Source: a virus
Strand: one strand, 5' to 3'
DNA length: 64,000 bases
Virus record (IMG/VR): IMGVR_UViG_3300022837_000010
Coordinates: 3,030-67,029 of that record
A program made the position numbers and the translations under genes. The notes below the pieces were generated by a model that searched no databases, was not told where the DNA came from, and saw nothing but the letters and a program-made list of their open reading frames with translations. Of this stretch, positions 1-10,604 are shown one piece after another; the stretch's first letter is position 1; every line of letters begins with the position of its first letter.

Positions 1-31
1 GATAGTTTGAATTTTGTACAAACAATAACTT

Positions 32-661
32 ATGAATATATCTAATTACTATTGGTATTTTAAATCAGCTATACCTCCAAAAATCTGTGATGACATTATA
101 AAATATGGATTAACACAAGCAGAAACTATGGCAAGAACAGGTGGCTACGGTGATAAAGAATTAACTAAAGATCAAGTTAGAGATATGAAAAGAAAAAGAA
201 ACTCTGATTTAGTTTGGTTAAATGATACTTGGATTTATAAAGAACTACATCCTTATATCCACAAAGCTAATAAAGCTGCCGGTTGGAATTTTGAATGGGA
301 TAGATCTGAATCTTGTCAGTTTACAAAATATAAACTCAATCAATATTATGATTGGCATTGTGATTCTTGGGATAAAGTATATGACAAAGAAGGTCCAGAG
401 AATGGTAAAATTCGAAAGCTATCTATGACTTGTCAGTTAACAGATGGTTCAGAATATGAAGGTGGAGAACTAGAATTTGATTTTAGAAACTATGATCCTC
501 ACATGAGAGAAGAAGCTAAACATTTGAGACAAGCAAAAGAAATATTGCCTAAAGGAAGTATTATTGTCTTTCCATCATTTGTATGGCATAGGGTTAAACC
601 AGTAACAAAAGGAACTAGATATTCACTGGTGATGTGGAACCTTGGATATCCATTTAGATAA
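32..661 (+). CDS. 2OG-Fe(II) oxygenase, prolyl-4-hydroxylase-like
   Basis: WHCD...RKLS...YEGGEL...FPSFVWHRVKPVTKGTRYSLVMW: HxD...H triad and RxS 2OG-binding motif. Confidence 0.9.
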   Translation: MNISNYYWYFKSAIPPKICDDIIKYGLTQAETMARTGGYGDKELTKDQVRDMKRKRNSDLVWLNDTWIYKELHPYIHKANKAAGWNFEWDRSESCQFTKYKLNQYYDWHCDSWDKVYDKEGPENGKIRKLSMTCQLTDGSEYEGGELEFDFRNYDPHMREEAKHLRQAKEILPKGSIIVFPSFVWHRVKPVTKGTRYSLVMWNLGYPFR

Positions 662-662
662 T

Positions 663-1304
663 ATGTTTATAAATAATTACTTTAACACAACGATTTGGTC
701 AGAACAAAAACCAGAGTTTTTAAAATCTTTAACTAAAGCAACTAACAAATATATTAAAGCTGCTAGAAATTTTCCAGAAGCTAAAAAACATATTAAAGAA
801 TTTGGAGACTTTGGAAGAAGTTATCATTCAACACCACTAACAGTTGACAATGATTTTAGAGACTTTAGAGATTACATTGGTCAAAAATCTTGGGAATATT
901 TAGATCATCAAGGTTTTGATATGCAACAATATCAAACTATGTTTAGTGAACTATGGGTACAAGAGTTTGCAAAAAAGGGAGGAGGACATCATTCGGCTCA
1001 CGTTCATTGGAATCAACATGTATCAGGATTTTATTTTTTAAAAGCAGGTGAGAAAACATCAATGCCAATATTTCACGAGCCACGTACTGGAGCAAGATCT
1101 ACAAAATTAAAAATGAAAACTAATTTAAAAGAAATTCTTAATGGTAATGAACTAGTTCACTTTAGACCACAACCTGGAACGTTAATTATATTTCCAGGTT
1201 ATTTAGAACATGAATTTTCAGTAGATTTTGGAATAGAACCTTTTAGATTTATACATTGGAATATTCAAGCTGTTCCGAAAGAAATGGCTAAAGATGTCGT
1301 TTAA
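663..1304 (+). CDS. 2OG-Fe(II) oxygenase-like protein (TIGR02466-like)
   Basis: HSAHVH...VSGFYF...PGTLIIFPGYLEH; start moved to ATG 663 to match paralog at 62421. Confidence 0.8.
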   Translation: MFINNYFNTTIWSEQKPEFLKSLTKATNKYIKAARNFPEAKKHIKEFGDFGRSYHSTPLTVDNDFRDFRDYIGQKSWEYLDHQGFDMQQYQTMFSELWVQEFAKKGGGHHSAHVHWNQHVSGFYFLKAGEKTSMPIFHEPRTGARSTKLKMKTNLKEILNGNELVHFRPQPGTLIIFPGYLEHEFSVDFGIEPFRFIHWNIQAVPKEMAKDVV

Positions 1305-1917
1305 AAAAAATAAATACGTAATTATAAAACAAGCAATAGATAAAGATTTAGCTTTATTCTTATATAATTATTTTCATATGAAAAGACAAGTATTAGATAC
1401 CTGTCGTAATGCTAGATTTATATCACCTTATGAAACATTACTTGGTTATTATGAAGGAGCAGACGAACAAATTCCACATACTTACTCAAGTTACTCTGAT
1501 ATAGCTATGGAGACTTTAATGTTGAAGTGTCAACCTATTATGGAAAAGACTACAGGATTAAAACTATATCCATCTTATACTTATGCAAGAATTTATAAAA
1601 AAGGTGATCAATTAAAAAGACATAAAGATAGATTCAGTTGTGAAATATCTACTACTATGAATTTGGGTGGTGATGATTGGACTATTTATTTAGAGCCATC
1701 AGGAGAAGTTGGTAAAAAAGGTATTAAAGTAAATTTAAAACCAGGAGATATGTTAGTCTATTCTGGTTGTGAACTAGAGCATTGGCGAGAAAAGTTTAAA
1801 GGTAAAGACTGTGCTCAAGTATTTCTTCATTATAACAACAGAAAAACTCCAGGGTCTAAAGATAATATGTTTGATAAGCGTCCACATTTAGGTCTTCCAA
1901 GTTGGTTTAAACGATGA
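1294..1917 (+). CDS. 2OG-Fe(II) oxygenase
   Basis: YARIY..GDQLKRHKDRFSCEIS...PGDMLVYSGCELEHWRE...QVFLHY. Confidence 0.85.
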   Translation: MSFKKNKYVIIKQAIDKDLALFLYNYFHMKRQVLDTCRNARFISPYETLLGYYEGADEQIPHTYSSYSDIAMETLMLKCQPIMEKTTGLKLYPSYTYARIYKKGDQLKRHKDRFSCEISTTMNLGGDDWTIYLEPSGEVGKKGIKVNLKPGDMLVYSGCELEHWREKFKGKDCAQVFLHYNNRKTPGSKDNMFDKRPHLGLPSWFKR

Positions 1918-1931
1918 TATAACCCTATGAT

Positions 1932-1963
1932 GAAGGCAGTACTCCACCATACCTACTGCCTTC
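1932..1963 (+). promoter_or_regulatory. Conserved leader hairpin upstream of tail genes
   Basis: GAAGGCAGTA/TACTGCCTTC 10-bp stem, loop CTCCACCATACC; near-identical copy at 63681..63712. Confidence 0.6.
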
Positions 1964-1982
1964 TTTATAAGGATTTTATTTT

Positions 1983-2429
1983 ATGCTAGGATTTGGATCA
2001 TTTGCAGAATTACCATGGGCTACTTCAGGACCTGATACAGGTGTTTTAGTTACTGCTACTGGTAATACATTAAACATTACTATTGGTAGTATAGGAATTA
2101 TAGCAACTGCTGTAGTTGAAGATCCGGACCCAAATAGACTAACTTTAGGGTTAGGTACTTTAACTGTTACAGGTAATGCTAGTTATACCTTACTTAAAAA
2201 TGAACTATCTTTAGGGATAGGAACTATAGTAGTGACTGCTGGAGCAACAGTAAATCCAACTAATAACACATTGACCTTGGCAACAGGAAATGTTACTATA
2301 TCAGGTAAAGCATTAGTAAATCCTGACGGAAGTGCTTTAGTTTTAAACACTAATGAGCCAGGAATTATTACGTGGAACGATATAATACCAGGAGCAACAA
2401 TGGTTTGGACACCAATTAAACCTTATTAA
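1983..2429 (+). CDS. Putative tail/virion structural protein
   Basis: Thr/Gly/Val-rich beta-repeat composition; position in tail module. Confidence 0.55.
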   Translation: MLGFGSFAELPWATSGPDTGVLVTATGNTLNITIGSIGIIATAVVEDPDPNRLTLGLGTLTVTGNASYTLLKNELSLGIGTIVVTAGATVNPTNNTLTLATGNVTISGKALVNPDGSALVLNTNEPGIITWNDIIPGATMVWTPIKPY

Positions 2430-2435
2430 AAAATT

Positions 2436-3191
2436 ATGGCATCATCCTACTCATCCGATCTATCATTAGAACTTATCACAACCGGCGAAAAAGCAGGTTT
2501 GTGGGGAACAATTACTAATACTAATTTACAAATTTTACAACAAGCAGCATCCGGTTATGTCGCAGTACCTATGACAAGTGGTTCAGATGTTACTTTAAGT
2601 TTAGCGGATGGATCAGATACTGCTAACGGTAAAAATCTATATTTAAAATTAACAGGTACAATGACTGCAAGTATTAGTTTAATTATACCAGCGGCTACAA
2701 CAGGTGGTACAGCAACAAGAACTTATATTATTGAAGATACAACAGACAGAACAACTGCTAACAACTATACTATAAATATTAAAACAGCAGGATCATCTAC
2801 TCCTGTACCTTTACCCGAAGGTGCAAATATAATTGTTAGATCTGATGGAACAGATACAGTTCTTGCTTTTATTAAACCAGGAATTAAAAATATTACCGCT
2901 GCAACTATAACAGCTTATACTTCAGTTAACGGTGATCAAGTTGTGGTAGACACACAAGCAAATCCAGTTACTATTACTTTACCTGCAACTCCTAGTATTA
3001 CTAATGAAGTAACAATTATGGATGGTTCAGCTACAAATGGTTTTGCAACTAATAATGTAACTGTTGATAGAAATGGTTCTAATATAAACGGCGCGGCTAC
3101 AAACTATGTATTAAATGTAAACAACCAATGTGTAACATTTATATATGCTAACGCCACTAAAGGTTGGTTATTAAAATCAACTAATCAATAG
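2436..3191 (+). CDS. Tail fibre/tail-associated protein
   Basis: N-terminal LELITTGEKAGLWGTITNTN; C-terminal VDTQANPVTITLPATPS...NVTVDRNGSNING block also present in fibres at 56-60 kb. Confidence 0.65.
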   Translation: MASSYSSDLSLELITTGEKAGLWGTITNTNLQILQQAASGYVAVPMTSGSDVTLSLADGSDTANGKNLYLKLTGTMTASISLIIPAATTGGTATRTYIIEDTTDRTTANNYTINIKTAGSSTPVPLPEGANIIVRSDGTDTVLAFIKPGIKNITAATITAYTSVNGDQVVVDTQANPVTITLPATPSITNEVTIMDGSATNGFATNNVTVDRNGSNINGAATNYVLNVNNQCVTFIYANATKGWLLKSTNQ

Positions 3192-3200
3192 GAGCCATAG

Positions 3201-5126
3201 ATGCTCACTGAAATTAAATTTGCACCCGGAGTAGATAAACAAGATACAAGTGTTGGGGCCCAAGGTCGTTGGGTAGATTCCGATAATGTAAGATGGAGAT
3301 ATGGACTTCCTGAAAAAGTAGGAGGTTGGCAATCATTACTCACAGAATCTTTAGTAGGGGTAACTAGAAAAATGCATGCCTTTGTAGATAACGATGGCAA
3401 TAGATATGTGGCTTTAGGAACAGATAAGTTTTTAATTATTTATTTTGAAGGACAATTTTTTGATGTCACTCCATTAAAAACAACTCTTGCAGCTGCAACA
3501 TTTTCAACAACTTCCGGCTCTCCTATTTGTACTTTTACAACAGGATCAAATCATGGACTATCAATAGGTGATATTGTTTTATTAGATGCAGTTACTGTAC
3601 CTGTAGGTACAGGTTATGTAGACGCTGATTTTGAAGATAAACTATTTCAAGTAATTACAGTTCCAAGTCTTACAACTTTTACCATCAACCAATCTTCTAA
3701 CGCAACAGCAACAGTTGCTACCGGTGGAAGTGTGGGAGTAACTCCTTATGAAACTGTTGGTCCTGCTGCACAAACTTACGGTTATGGTTGGGGTGTTGGA
3801 ACATGGGGTGGTGTTGCTTGGGGTGAAGCAGTGTTGGCATCTAGTATAACACTAGAACCGGGACTTTGGTCTTTAAGTAATTTTGGTGAAGTACTTGTTG
3901 CAACGATTGCTAATGGAAAAACATTTACTTGGAATTCAGGAGACGCGGCGCGATTAACAGTAAGAGCTTCAACAGCAACTTCAGGGTTTGTAACAACTAA
4001 TAACCCAACAGCGACTAGGGATACTTTAATTTCTCCAACTACACGTCACTTAATTCACTTTGGAACAGAAACAACTATCGGCGATCCGACTACACAAGAT
4101 GATATGTTTATTAGATTTTCAGTTAACGAACAAATAAATGTTTATGATGTATTAGCAACTAACACAGCCGGTACTTTTAGATTACAAGATGGTACTAAAA
4201 TTGTGGGAGCTATTAAAGCTAAAGAAAATATTTTAGTGTGGACCGATAATGCTTTGTACACAATGAAATTTGTTGGAGCACCTTTTACATTTGGTTTTGA
4301 ACAGGTGGGCACGAACTGCGGATTGATTGGTAAGAATGCAGCAATTGAAATTGATGGGGTGGCTTATTGGATGTCTAGTAATGGTTTCTTTTCTTTTGAT
4401 GGTACGGTTAATACTTTACCTTGTTCAGTGGAAGATTATGTTTATGATGACTTTGATACAACTAAAGGTCAACAAGTAAATGCAGGAATCAATAACTTGC
4501 ATACGGAAGTAACTTGGTGGTATCCATCACTAGGATCAGAATTTAATAATAGATATGTAGTATTTAACTATGGACAAAATAATGCTCAAGTACCTATGGG
4601 TAATTGGTATACAGGAGTTAATACTAATTCTATAAGAACAACTTGGATTGATTCATTAGTATACCCTCAACCTTATGCAACTGCATATAATAGTTCTAAT
4701 ACTGGAAGTTTTCCAGTTATCATAGGTGAGACTGGTTTAGGACAAAGTGTATTCTTCGAACAAGAAGTAGGAACAGATCAAGTAAACCCAGATGGTACTA
4801 CAACTACCTTAACTTCTTTTGTACAATCTTTTGACTTCTCTTTACAAGCACAACAAAGTGAGGTATTTCTAGCTATGAGAAGATTTTTACCTAACTTTAA
4901 AAATTTAGTAGGAAGTAGTAATGTAACTATATCTGTTTCTGATTATCCTGCTGACAATGCAACAGCTACAACTTTAAGTCCTTTTGTAATTACTTCAAGT
5001 ACCACTAAAGTAGATACTAGAGCTAGAGGAAGATATGCAAATATTAAAGTAGAGAATATAGGTAGTGGTCAATCATGGAGATTTGGAACATTCCAAGTAG
5101 ATCTTCAACCAGATGGGAGAAGGTAA
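3201..5126 (+). CDS. Tail nozzle / tail tubular protein B-like (beta-propeller)
   Basis: 641 aa, WVDSDNVRWRYGLPEKVGGW start, NCGLIG motif, ends QPDGRR; precedes internal virion genes. Confidence 0.7.
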   Translation: MLTEIKFAPGVDKQDTSVGAQGRWVDSDNVRWRYGLPEKVGGWQSLLTESLVGVTRKMHAFVDNDGNRYVALGTDKFLIIYFEGQFFDVTPLKTTLAAATFSTTSGSPICTFTTGSNHGLSIGDIVLLDAVTVPVGTGYVDADFEDKLFQVITVPSLTTFTINQSSNATATVATGGSVGVTPYETVGPAAQTYGYGWGVGTWGGVAWGEAVLASSITLEPGLWSLSNFGEVLVATIANGKTFTWNSGDAARLTVRASTATSGFVTTNNPTATRDTLISPTTRHLIHFGTETTIGDPTTQDDMFIRFSVNEQINVYDVLATNTAGTFRLQDGTKIVGAIKAKENILVWTDNALYTMKFVGAPFTFGFEQVGTNCGLIGKNAAIEIDGVAYWMSSNGFFSFDGTVNTLPCSVEDYVYDDFDTTKGQQVNAGINNLHTEVTWWYPSLGSEFNNRYVVFNYGQNNAQVPMGNWYTGVNTNSIRTTWIDSLVYPQPYATAYNSSNTGSFPVIIGETGLGQSVFFEQEVGTDQVNPDGTTTTLTSFVQSFDFSLQAQQSEVFLAMRRFLPNFKNLVGSSNVTISVSDYPADNATATTLSPFVITSSTTKVDTRARGRYANIKVENIGSGQSWRFGTFQVDLQPDGRR

Positions 5127-6262
5127 TGCCTGTAGAAAATATAATTAATAGTTTAATAACACCTAAAAATATACGTAGTGGGGTAAATCTTTTACAAAAT
5201 AATAAAGGAATTATAGATACATTAACAGGAATACCTATAGGTCCTGCGTCAGGTAGGGCTTATGTTAGAAATCTTTCTGGTTCAACAACTCCTATAGATG
5301 AAAGTTTTTTTAATAACTCTCAATTAGGGGAAATTAAAAATCGAACCGCATCGGCGATGGCTGATAAAAGTATGAAATATAATGTGGACAATCAAAGTAT
5401 TCCAGTGAGAAAACCTTATGATAATTTTAACACAAGAAATAATGTGGTAGACTATACTTTAAGTACTCCCATCTCTATGTCTGGAATTTTTTCTAACCCA
5501 ATTACAGATATTGATGCAACCATGGGTAAATTTACATATAATCAAAACCAAGATGGTACTGTATCTGCAATAGATAAACATGATTTTGATAGTTTTGGTG
5601 GAGGAGATGAAGCAACATATGGTGGAAAAATGGATATGTCTGGGCAACCTTATTCTACTGAAAAAGGATTACCTTTTTTAGAACCACAGTTATATGAAGG
5701 AATAACATATCAAGGAGAAGAAATTGTACCTGATACATATGAGACACAGACGGATACTTCATATGAAAATAGAGATGATGTTTTGAAGAGAGCGACCGAT
5801 AATTTTAAAGCAGGTTTAATATCTTCTTCCAAACTTGCTAGAATTGTAGGGGGTCAAGAAGGTTTGACAGGAGATGATGTAAATCAACCCTATTATAAAG
5901 ATATCAATTTTATGAGAGATGACTGGACTAGATCTGGAATACCAATGAATATAAATCTAGGAAGAATATCTCAATTAGATAAATTAAGATCAAACAGAAG
6001 TTTTTCTAATTATATATATAATAATCAAAATATTCCTTCTCAAATTAGAAAAAATGCAAGACCTTTCGCAGATATAAATACTACACCAATACACCAAATG
6101 CCCCAAGGATCACCTTCACAAATAAATACAGGTGGAGGTAGAGATTCTAGTCAAGGAAATACTCAAACAGGTTTTGGGAGAAGTGGAATGGGTAGAGATC
6201 CCAATGATAGAATGGCTATGGGTGGGCTTATAGATTTATATAGAAATGGAGGGTTTATCTAA
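5126..6262 (+). CDS. Putative internal virion (cargo) protein
   Basis: ATG overlaps nozzle stop (TAATG); C-terminal MAMGGLI and YRNGGFI motifs. Confidence 0.55.
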   Translation: MPVENIINSLITPKNIRSGVNLLQNNKGIIDTLTGIPIGPASGRAYVRNLSGSTTPIDESFFNNSQLGEIKNRTASAMADKSMKYNVDNQSIPVRKPYDNFNTRNNVVDYTLSTPISMSGIFSNPITDIDATMGKFTYNQNQDGTVSAIDKHDFDSFGGGDEATYGGKMDMSGQPYSTEKGLPFLEPQLYEGITYQGEEIVPDTYETQTDTSYENRDDVLKRATDNFKAGLISSSKLARIVGGQEGLTGDDVNQPYYKDINFMRDDWTRSGIPMNINLGRISQLDKLRSNRSFSNYIYNNQNIPSQIRKNARPFADINTTPIHQMPQGSPSQINTGGGRDSSQGNTQTGFGRSGMGRDPNDRMAMGGLIDLYRNGGFI

Positions 6263-6426
6263 TGACAAAAATTGTAGTAAGATTACCTGAACCTAAAAAA
6301 GAATATACGGAAGATAATCAAAGACAAATTAATAGAGCGTTGTCCACAGTAGTTGAACAATTAAACTCTACATTTTTAACACAGTTAAAAGAAAACTCGG
6401 AAAGGTTTACGTGGTTTAATGGCTAA
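6262..6426 (+). CDS. Small hypothetical virion protein (54 aa, not in ORF track)
   Basis: MTKIVVRLPEPKKEYTEDNQRQINRAL...FTWFNG; overlaps both neighbours. Confidence 0.7.
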   Translation: MTKIVVRLPEPKKEYTEDNQRQINRALSTVVEQLNSTFLTQLKENSERFTWFNG

Positions 6427-6745
6427 TATATATAAAAAAGTAAATACAGATTTAATAACTGCTACTGAACAAGATGTTTATACAGTTCCAAATAACGCAA
6501 GATCCTTAATTAAATCAATTCATATTTATAATGAGGGTGCAGGTTCTGCAGTAGTAACTATTAAAATTACATCAGGGGGTGTGGATTATTTCTATGATAA
6601 ACAAACTATAGCCGCAGATGCTCAACATGAATTTATTGTTAATATACTAATTTTAGAAGAAGATGATATATTGAAAATGCTATCAGATATCACAGGACCA
6701 GACATAACAATTAGCATATTAGAAACCAGTAGAGAGGATAGATAA
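6419..6745 (+). CDS. Small beta-rich virion protein
   Basis: DVYTVP...IKSIHIYN...LILEEDDIL; similar style to 55718..56065. Confidence 0.6.
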   Translation: MANIYKKVNTDLITATEQDVYTVPNNARSLIKSIHIYNEGAGSAVVTIKITSGGVDYFYDKQTIAADAQHEFIVNILILEEDDILKMLSDITGPDITISILETSREDR

Positions 6746-6990
6746 TGTTTGTAGAACAAGAAGCAAGTGTAAGATATGAGACAATCGACGGTAAAAAGGT
6801 CCCGGTTATCACACCAAGAGTAGAGATAACTTTAAAGAATTTAGAGACAGGTCAAGAGTATAACTCTGACGCCGAAGCGATGAGCGATGTACAAAATGTA
6901 AGTACATCTACTAAACCAGAACATATATCTAGAAGTGTACATATAGTAGTAGAAGGCCTTGATTTAGGTGCTAATACTAATTTATTCTAG
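6745..6990 (+). CDS. Hypothetical protein
   Basis: 81-aa ORF, TAATG coupling, RBS GAGG. Confidence 0.7.
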   Translation: MFVEQEASVRYETIDGKKVPVITPRVEITLKNLETGQEYNSDAEAMSDVQNVSTSTKPEHISRSVHIVVEGLDLGANTNLF

Positions 6991-7085
6991 ATTGACTAAA
7001 GGTGAAAAGTCTAGTAAATTGGTATACAATAGCATATATACAAGTCTTGCAAACTTGCTTTTCAACAAATAAACTATAAAAAATT

Positions 7086-8588
7086 ATGGGATTCTTAAGT
7101 AAAATATTTAAACCAGTTTCAAAGGTACTAGATAAAATAATACCTAATGAAATTAAACCTGCTTTACCTTATCTAGCAGCGTTTGCTCCTATGTTGGCAC
7201 CTGGAATAATGGGTAGCTCAATGTTATCAAGAGGTTTAATGTCAGGTGGTTTAAATATTGGAGCTCAATTAGCACAAGAAGGCAATGAAGGTGAGGTCAA
7301 TGCATTATCTGCTTTAATGGCAAGTGGTATTGGAGCTTTAAGTGCACCGGGATCAACAGGTGGGAGAACTCTTCCGGATGGAAGTGGAGGAAGTTATTCG
7401 CAAGTTATGGGTGGAGATAAATTAGCTAGTGTTGGAACCCCTAGTGCAGGTGAATACTTAAGAGGTGTGTCTGATACAGGTAGTTTTGCAGATAAAGGTT
7501 TAGAATTTTTAGGTGAAGGTGCAGATAAATTATCTGCTTTAAATGCAGCAGGTGCTGCAGACCCATTTAGTACAGCTGGTTTAAAAGCAGCAGCACTTCC
7601 CTTTTCACAAGCTACAGGAGATTTAGCCTACGCAGATGCTCAAAGAGCTTTAAGAGATTATGAAGATTCACAAAACGCAGATTCGGGATACGCTGAAGGT
7701 GATCAAAATAGAGGACTTGCTGTTAGAAGAGCTATGGAAAGAGGTGGCCATGAAGAACAAACTATTCAAGATATGTTAGAGTCATTAGGTTATGAAGATC
7801 CAGATCCACAACCTTTAGCTTATGGTGGAAGAGTTAATGCAATGGGTGGTGGTATTATGTCTAATCAAAGAATGAATTTTAGAGGTGGTGGAATGAGTTA
7901 TATGCCAACAGAATCTCGTATGATGGGTAACCCTGCAGTTATGGAAACAATACAAGCCGGTGATGATATGAGAGAATTTAGAATTATGAATCCAAACATG
8001 GAAGATGTTGCAGACTATAGTATAGAGTTTAAAGAAGAAGTTAAAGAACCAGATTTTGGTGGTATAAAAGAAGCTATTGAAAATGTAGATATAAAAGAAA
8101 AAGAAGAAAATTTAGAGGATATAAAAGATTTAATGGCATATGAACCGGGAGAAGCTACAACAGGAGATTTATATGATATGAAAAATCCTGATTACGATGG
8201 TATTAATCCAAAAGTTATTAGGGAATTTATAGAAGAGGGAATTCCATTGGGATATACTTCTCCTGAAGAATACTTTGATGATTTTTATGGAATAGGAAGT
8301 TTAAAAAAAGATAAACCTCAAAAAAAAATGATGGCTAAAGAGGGTGGTATAATGAATGGTTACAATATGGGTGGAAGTGTGTTACCTCAAGATATGGAAA
8401 TGGATTACAGAGGTGGAGGATTTATTCCTATGGGCTCTAAAGAGAGAGCAGATGATGTCCCCGCAAGAGTAAGTAAAAATGAATTTGTAATGACTGCAGA
8501 TGCAGTGAGAGCCGCGGGCGGCGGAAGTGTAAACCAAGGAGCAAAACGAATGTATGAATTAATGAATAACCTAGAGGCAAGAATATAA
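7086..8588 (+). CDS. Internal virion/ejection protein
   Basis: Gly/Ala/Met-rich amphipathic N-terminus; six x-x-GG motifs; C-terminal DDVPARVSKNEFVMTADAV domain. Confidence 0.6.
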   Translation: MGFLSKIFKPVSKVLDKIIPNEIKPALPYLAAFAPMLAPGIMGSSMLSRGLMSGGLNIGAQLAQEGNEGEVNALSALMASGIGALSAPGSTGGRTLPDGSGGSYSQVMGGDKLASVGTPSAGEYLRGVSDTGSFADKGLEFLGEGADKLSALNAAGAADPFSTAGLKAAALPFSQATGDLAYADAQRALRDYEDSQNADSGYAEGDQNRGLAVRRAMERGGHEEQTIQDMLESLGYEDPDPQPLAYGGRVNAMGGGIMSNQRMNFRGGGMSYMPTESRMMGNPAVMETIQAGDDMREFRIMNPNMEDVADYSIEFKEEVKEPDFGGIKEAIENVDIKEKEENLEDIKDLMAYEPGEATTGDLYDMKNPDYDGINPKVIREFIEEGIPLGYTSPEEYFDDFYGIGSLKKDKPQKKMMAKEGGIMNGYNMGGSVLPQDMEMDYRGGGFIPMGSKERADDVPARVSKNEFVMTADAVRAAGGGSVNQGAKRMYELMNNLEARI

Positions 8589-9385
8589 TGGCATCAGAAT
8601 TTGACACCATATCGACACAGATAACTAAACCTTCTCCGGTAATAGAAGGTTCATTAAGTAATTTTTTACCATTTATTGACATGCTTTCCAAAGGAGCGGT
8701 CGACTCTTCTTTTTCAGGTATCAATACAGCTAACTACGATCCAAAAGTTGCAGCACAAAATGCACTACAGACAGGTGCCGTATCAGCTGCAGGTGGTTTA
8801 GGAAGTTTAACAGGTACTGGAGCAGGTACAGGTCAAGGTTCAATTCAATCTTACATGTCGCCTTATCAACAACAGGTAATGGATGCATCACTATCTGAAT
8901 TTGATAGAAACGCAGCTGTACAACAAACAGGTTTAAGAGACCAGGCTATTCAATCGGGAGCTTATGGTGGTGGTAGAGAAGGTATTATGCAAGCTGAAAC
9001 AATGAGAGGCAACAACATGGGTAGAGCACAACTTCAAGCAGGAATGTTAAATGATGCATTTATGCAAGCTCAACAAGCAAGAGGATTAGATTTACAAGCA
9101 CAACAAGGTTTAGGACAATATCAACAAGCAATGGGTCAATCGCAACAAGGGTACCAGCAAGCTATTTTAGATGCTAATCAAATTGCAGCGAGAGAAAAAG
9201 AGTTTGCACCATTCACACAATTAGGTTTAGTTGGTCAACAACTGGCTCAAATACAACCAGGAGCCTTCCCTACTCAAACAGTAGGTTACGCACCACCAGC
9301 AGCACCGGCTAGTCCGATGTCACAGTTTCTAGGAGCGGGAGCAGGTGGAGCAGGTATTATGGGTAAACTAGGACTATTCGGATAA
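8588..9385 (+). CDS. Internal virion / DNA ejection (pilot-like) protein
   Basis: Gln/Ala/Gly-rich, YMSPYQQQV...GAYGGGR; hydrophobic Gly-rich C-terminus. Confidence 0.65.
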   Translation: MASEFDTISTQITKPSPVIEGSLSNFLPFIDMLSKGAVDSSFSGINTANYDPKVAAQNALQTGAVSAAGGLGSLTGTGAGTGQGSIQSYMSPYQQQVMDASLSEFDRNAAVQQTGLRDQAIQSGAYGGGREGIMQAETMRGNNMGRAQLQAGMLNDAFMQAQQARGLDLQAQQGLGQYQQAMGQSQQGYQQAILDANQIAAREKEFAPFTQLGLVGQQLAQIQPGAFPTQTVGYAPPAAPASPMSQFLGAGAGGAGIMGKLGLFG

Positions 9386-10596
9386 TGAGTAAAATTTTAA
9401 GACGACCAATGTTTAGAGGGGGTGGTAAAGTTTCTAGTTATGGAAATGGTATTACTTCACCATTAGTACCCGGTTATGCCGGTGGTGGAAGTATTAATAC
9501 ACCAAGAAGAGGTTTAGTATCTTTAGCAGGAGGCTACGCAGGAATGGGACAACCTCTTTATAATAATCCACAATTATTTTCAATAGATGATGTATTAGCA
9601 CAAACAGGTCAAGCCATGACAGGTCAAGCCATTATGAATTATGCTAATAAAAATAATATGTCTATGAAACCAAATGTAGGAGATGAATTTAAAATAAATG
9701 AAATGACTACTTTCTATCCAGATGGAGATACAAAAGTTGAAATAGGAGAAGGAGAAAATATTCAAGAAATAGATTTTAAAGATATAGAAAAATATACCGG
9801 AGAAAAACCTGAAGTTATAAAACCATATCCAGGATCAGACGATACTCAAGGAACGTTACCTGAACTATTAGAAAAAGTAACTATGACTGATAAAAAAGAT
9901 TCATTAGGTAATGAAATTTATACAGGGAACCAAGGAGATCTTACTTCAAAAATAGATACTTCTTTAGCTAATGGTGTTTTAGAAAAACAAAATAAAGTTT
10001 CAGATGATTCAGAATTAACTTTAGAAGAAATTAAAGACTCATTGGGTGGAGGTAAGGCATTTGGCAGAGATGCAACGGATATGTTATTGAGATTTTCTGG
10101 AGCAGAAGGTGATACTGTAGCAGAGAAATTTAAAAACTATGCTGCACTAGAGTCTAAAGCAGGTCCTAGTAGAACTGAAACAATTGATCAAGCAGCAGCT
10201 ACGTTTATGCTTAAAGATAAATTACAAACTAAAAGAGATAAAGCTAAAGTTGATATGATGAGAGCAGATGTAGATTATAAAATTTCTGCTGGAAAAGAAT
10301 TAAATATATCCGAAAGTATTTTTGAAGCTACTAAAAATGGACAAACAACAGATAAAAAATTAGCAATAGGGATTCAAAGAGCAACTTCTCCAACAACTGG
10401 AAAAAGATATAACTTTTTTGGTACTTTAAAAGCAGAAGATTTAAAGGAAGTATTGTCTTCAGGACAACTAAAAGCAGGGGATACTTTAATTGTAAAACAA
10501 ACTATTAAAGATGAAGATTCAGGAATAGACAAAGTAATTAAAAAAATTATAGAAATACAACCAAACGGTTCCGGATTAGAAATTTTTAACCTTTAG
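9385..10596 (+). CDS. Internal virion protein
   Basis: MSKILRRPMFRGGG start; lies between ejection genes. Confidence 0.55.
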   Translation: MSKILRRPMFRGGGKVSSYGNGITSPLVPGYAGGGSINTPRRGLVSLAGGYAGMGQPLYNNPQLFSIDDVLAQTGQAMTGQAIMNYANKNNMSMKPNVGDEFKINEMTTFYPDGDTKVEIGEGENIQEIDFKDIEKYTGEKPEVIKPYPGSDDTQGTLPELLEKVTMTDKKDSLGNEIYTGNQGDLTSKIDTSLANGVLEKQNKVSDDSELTLEEIKDSLGGGKAFGRDATDMLLRFSGAEGDTVAEKFKNYAALESKAGPSRTETIDQAAATFMLKDKLQTKRDKAKVDMMRADVDYKISAGKELNISESIFEATKNGQTTDKKLAIGIQRATSPTTGKRYNFFGTLKAEDLKEVLSSGQLKAGDTLIVKQTIKDEDSGIDKVIKKIIEIQPNGSGLEIFNL

Positions 10597-10604
10597 GAGA
10601 ATAA

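Larger units (their letters stand above)
1..1988. repeat. Left copy of diverged ~2-kb duplicated segment (homologous to 61313..~63734)
   Basis: Base 1 aligns to 61313 (GATAGTTTGAATTTTGTACAAAC); same three oxygenase genes and downstream hairpin; many synonymous differences. Confidence 0.95.

Noticed and set aside
1-1988. True direct terminal repeat
   Set aside because: Copies are diverged and differ by a gene insertion; DTRs are identical
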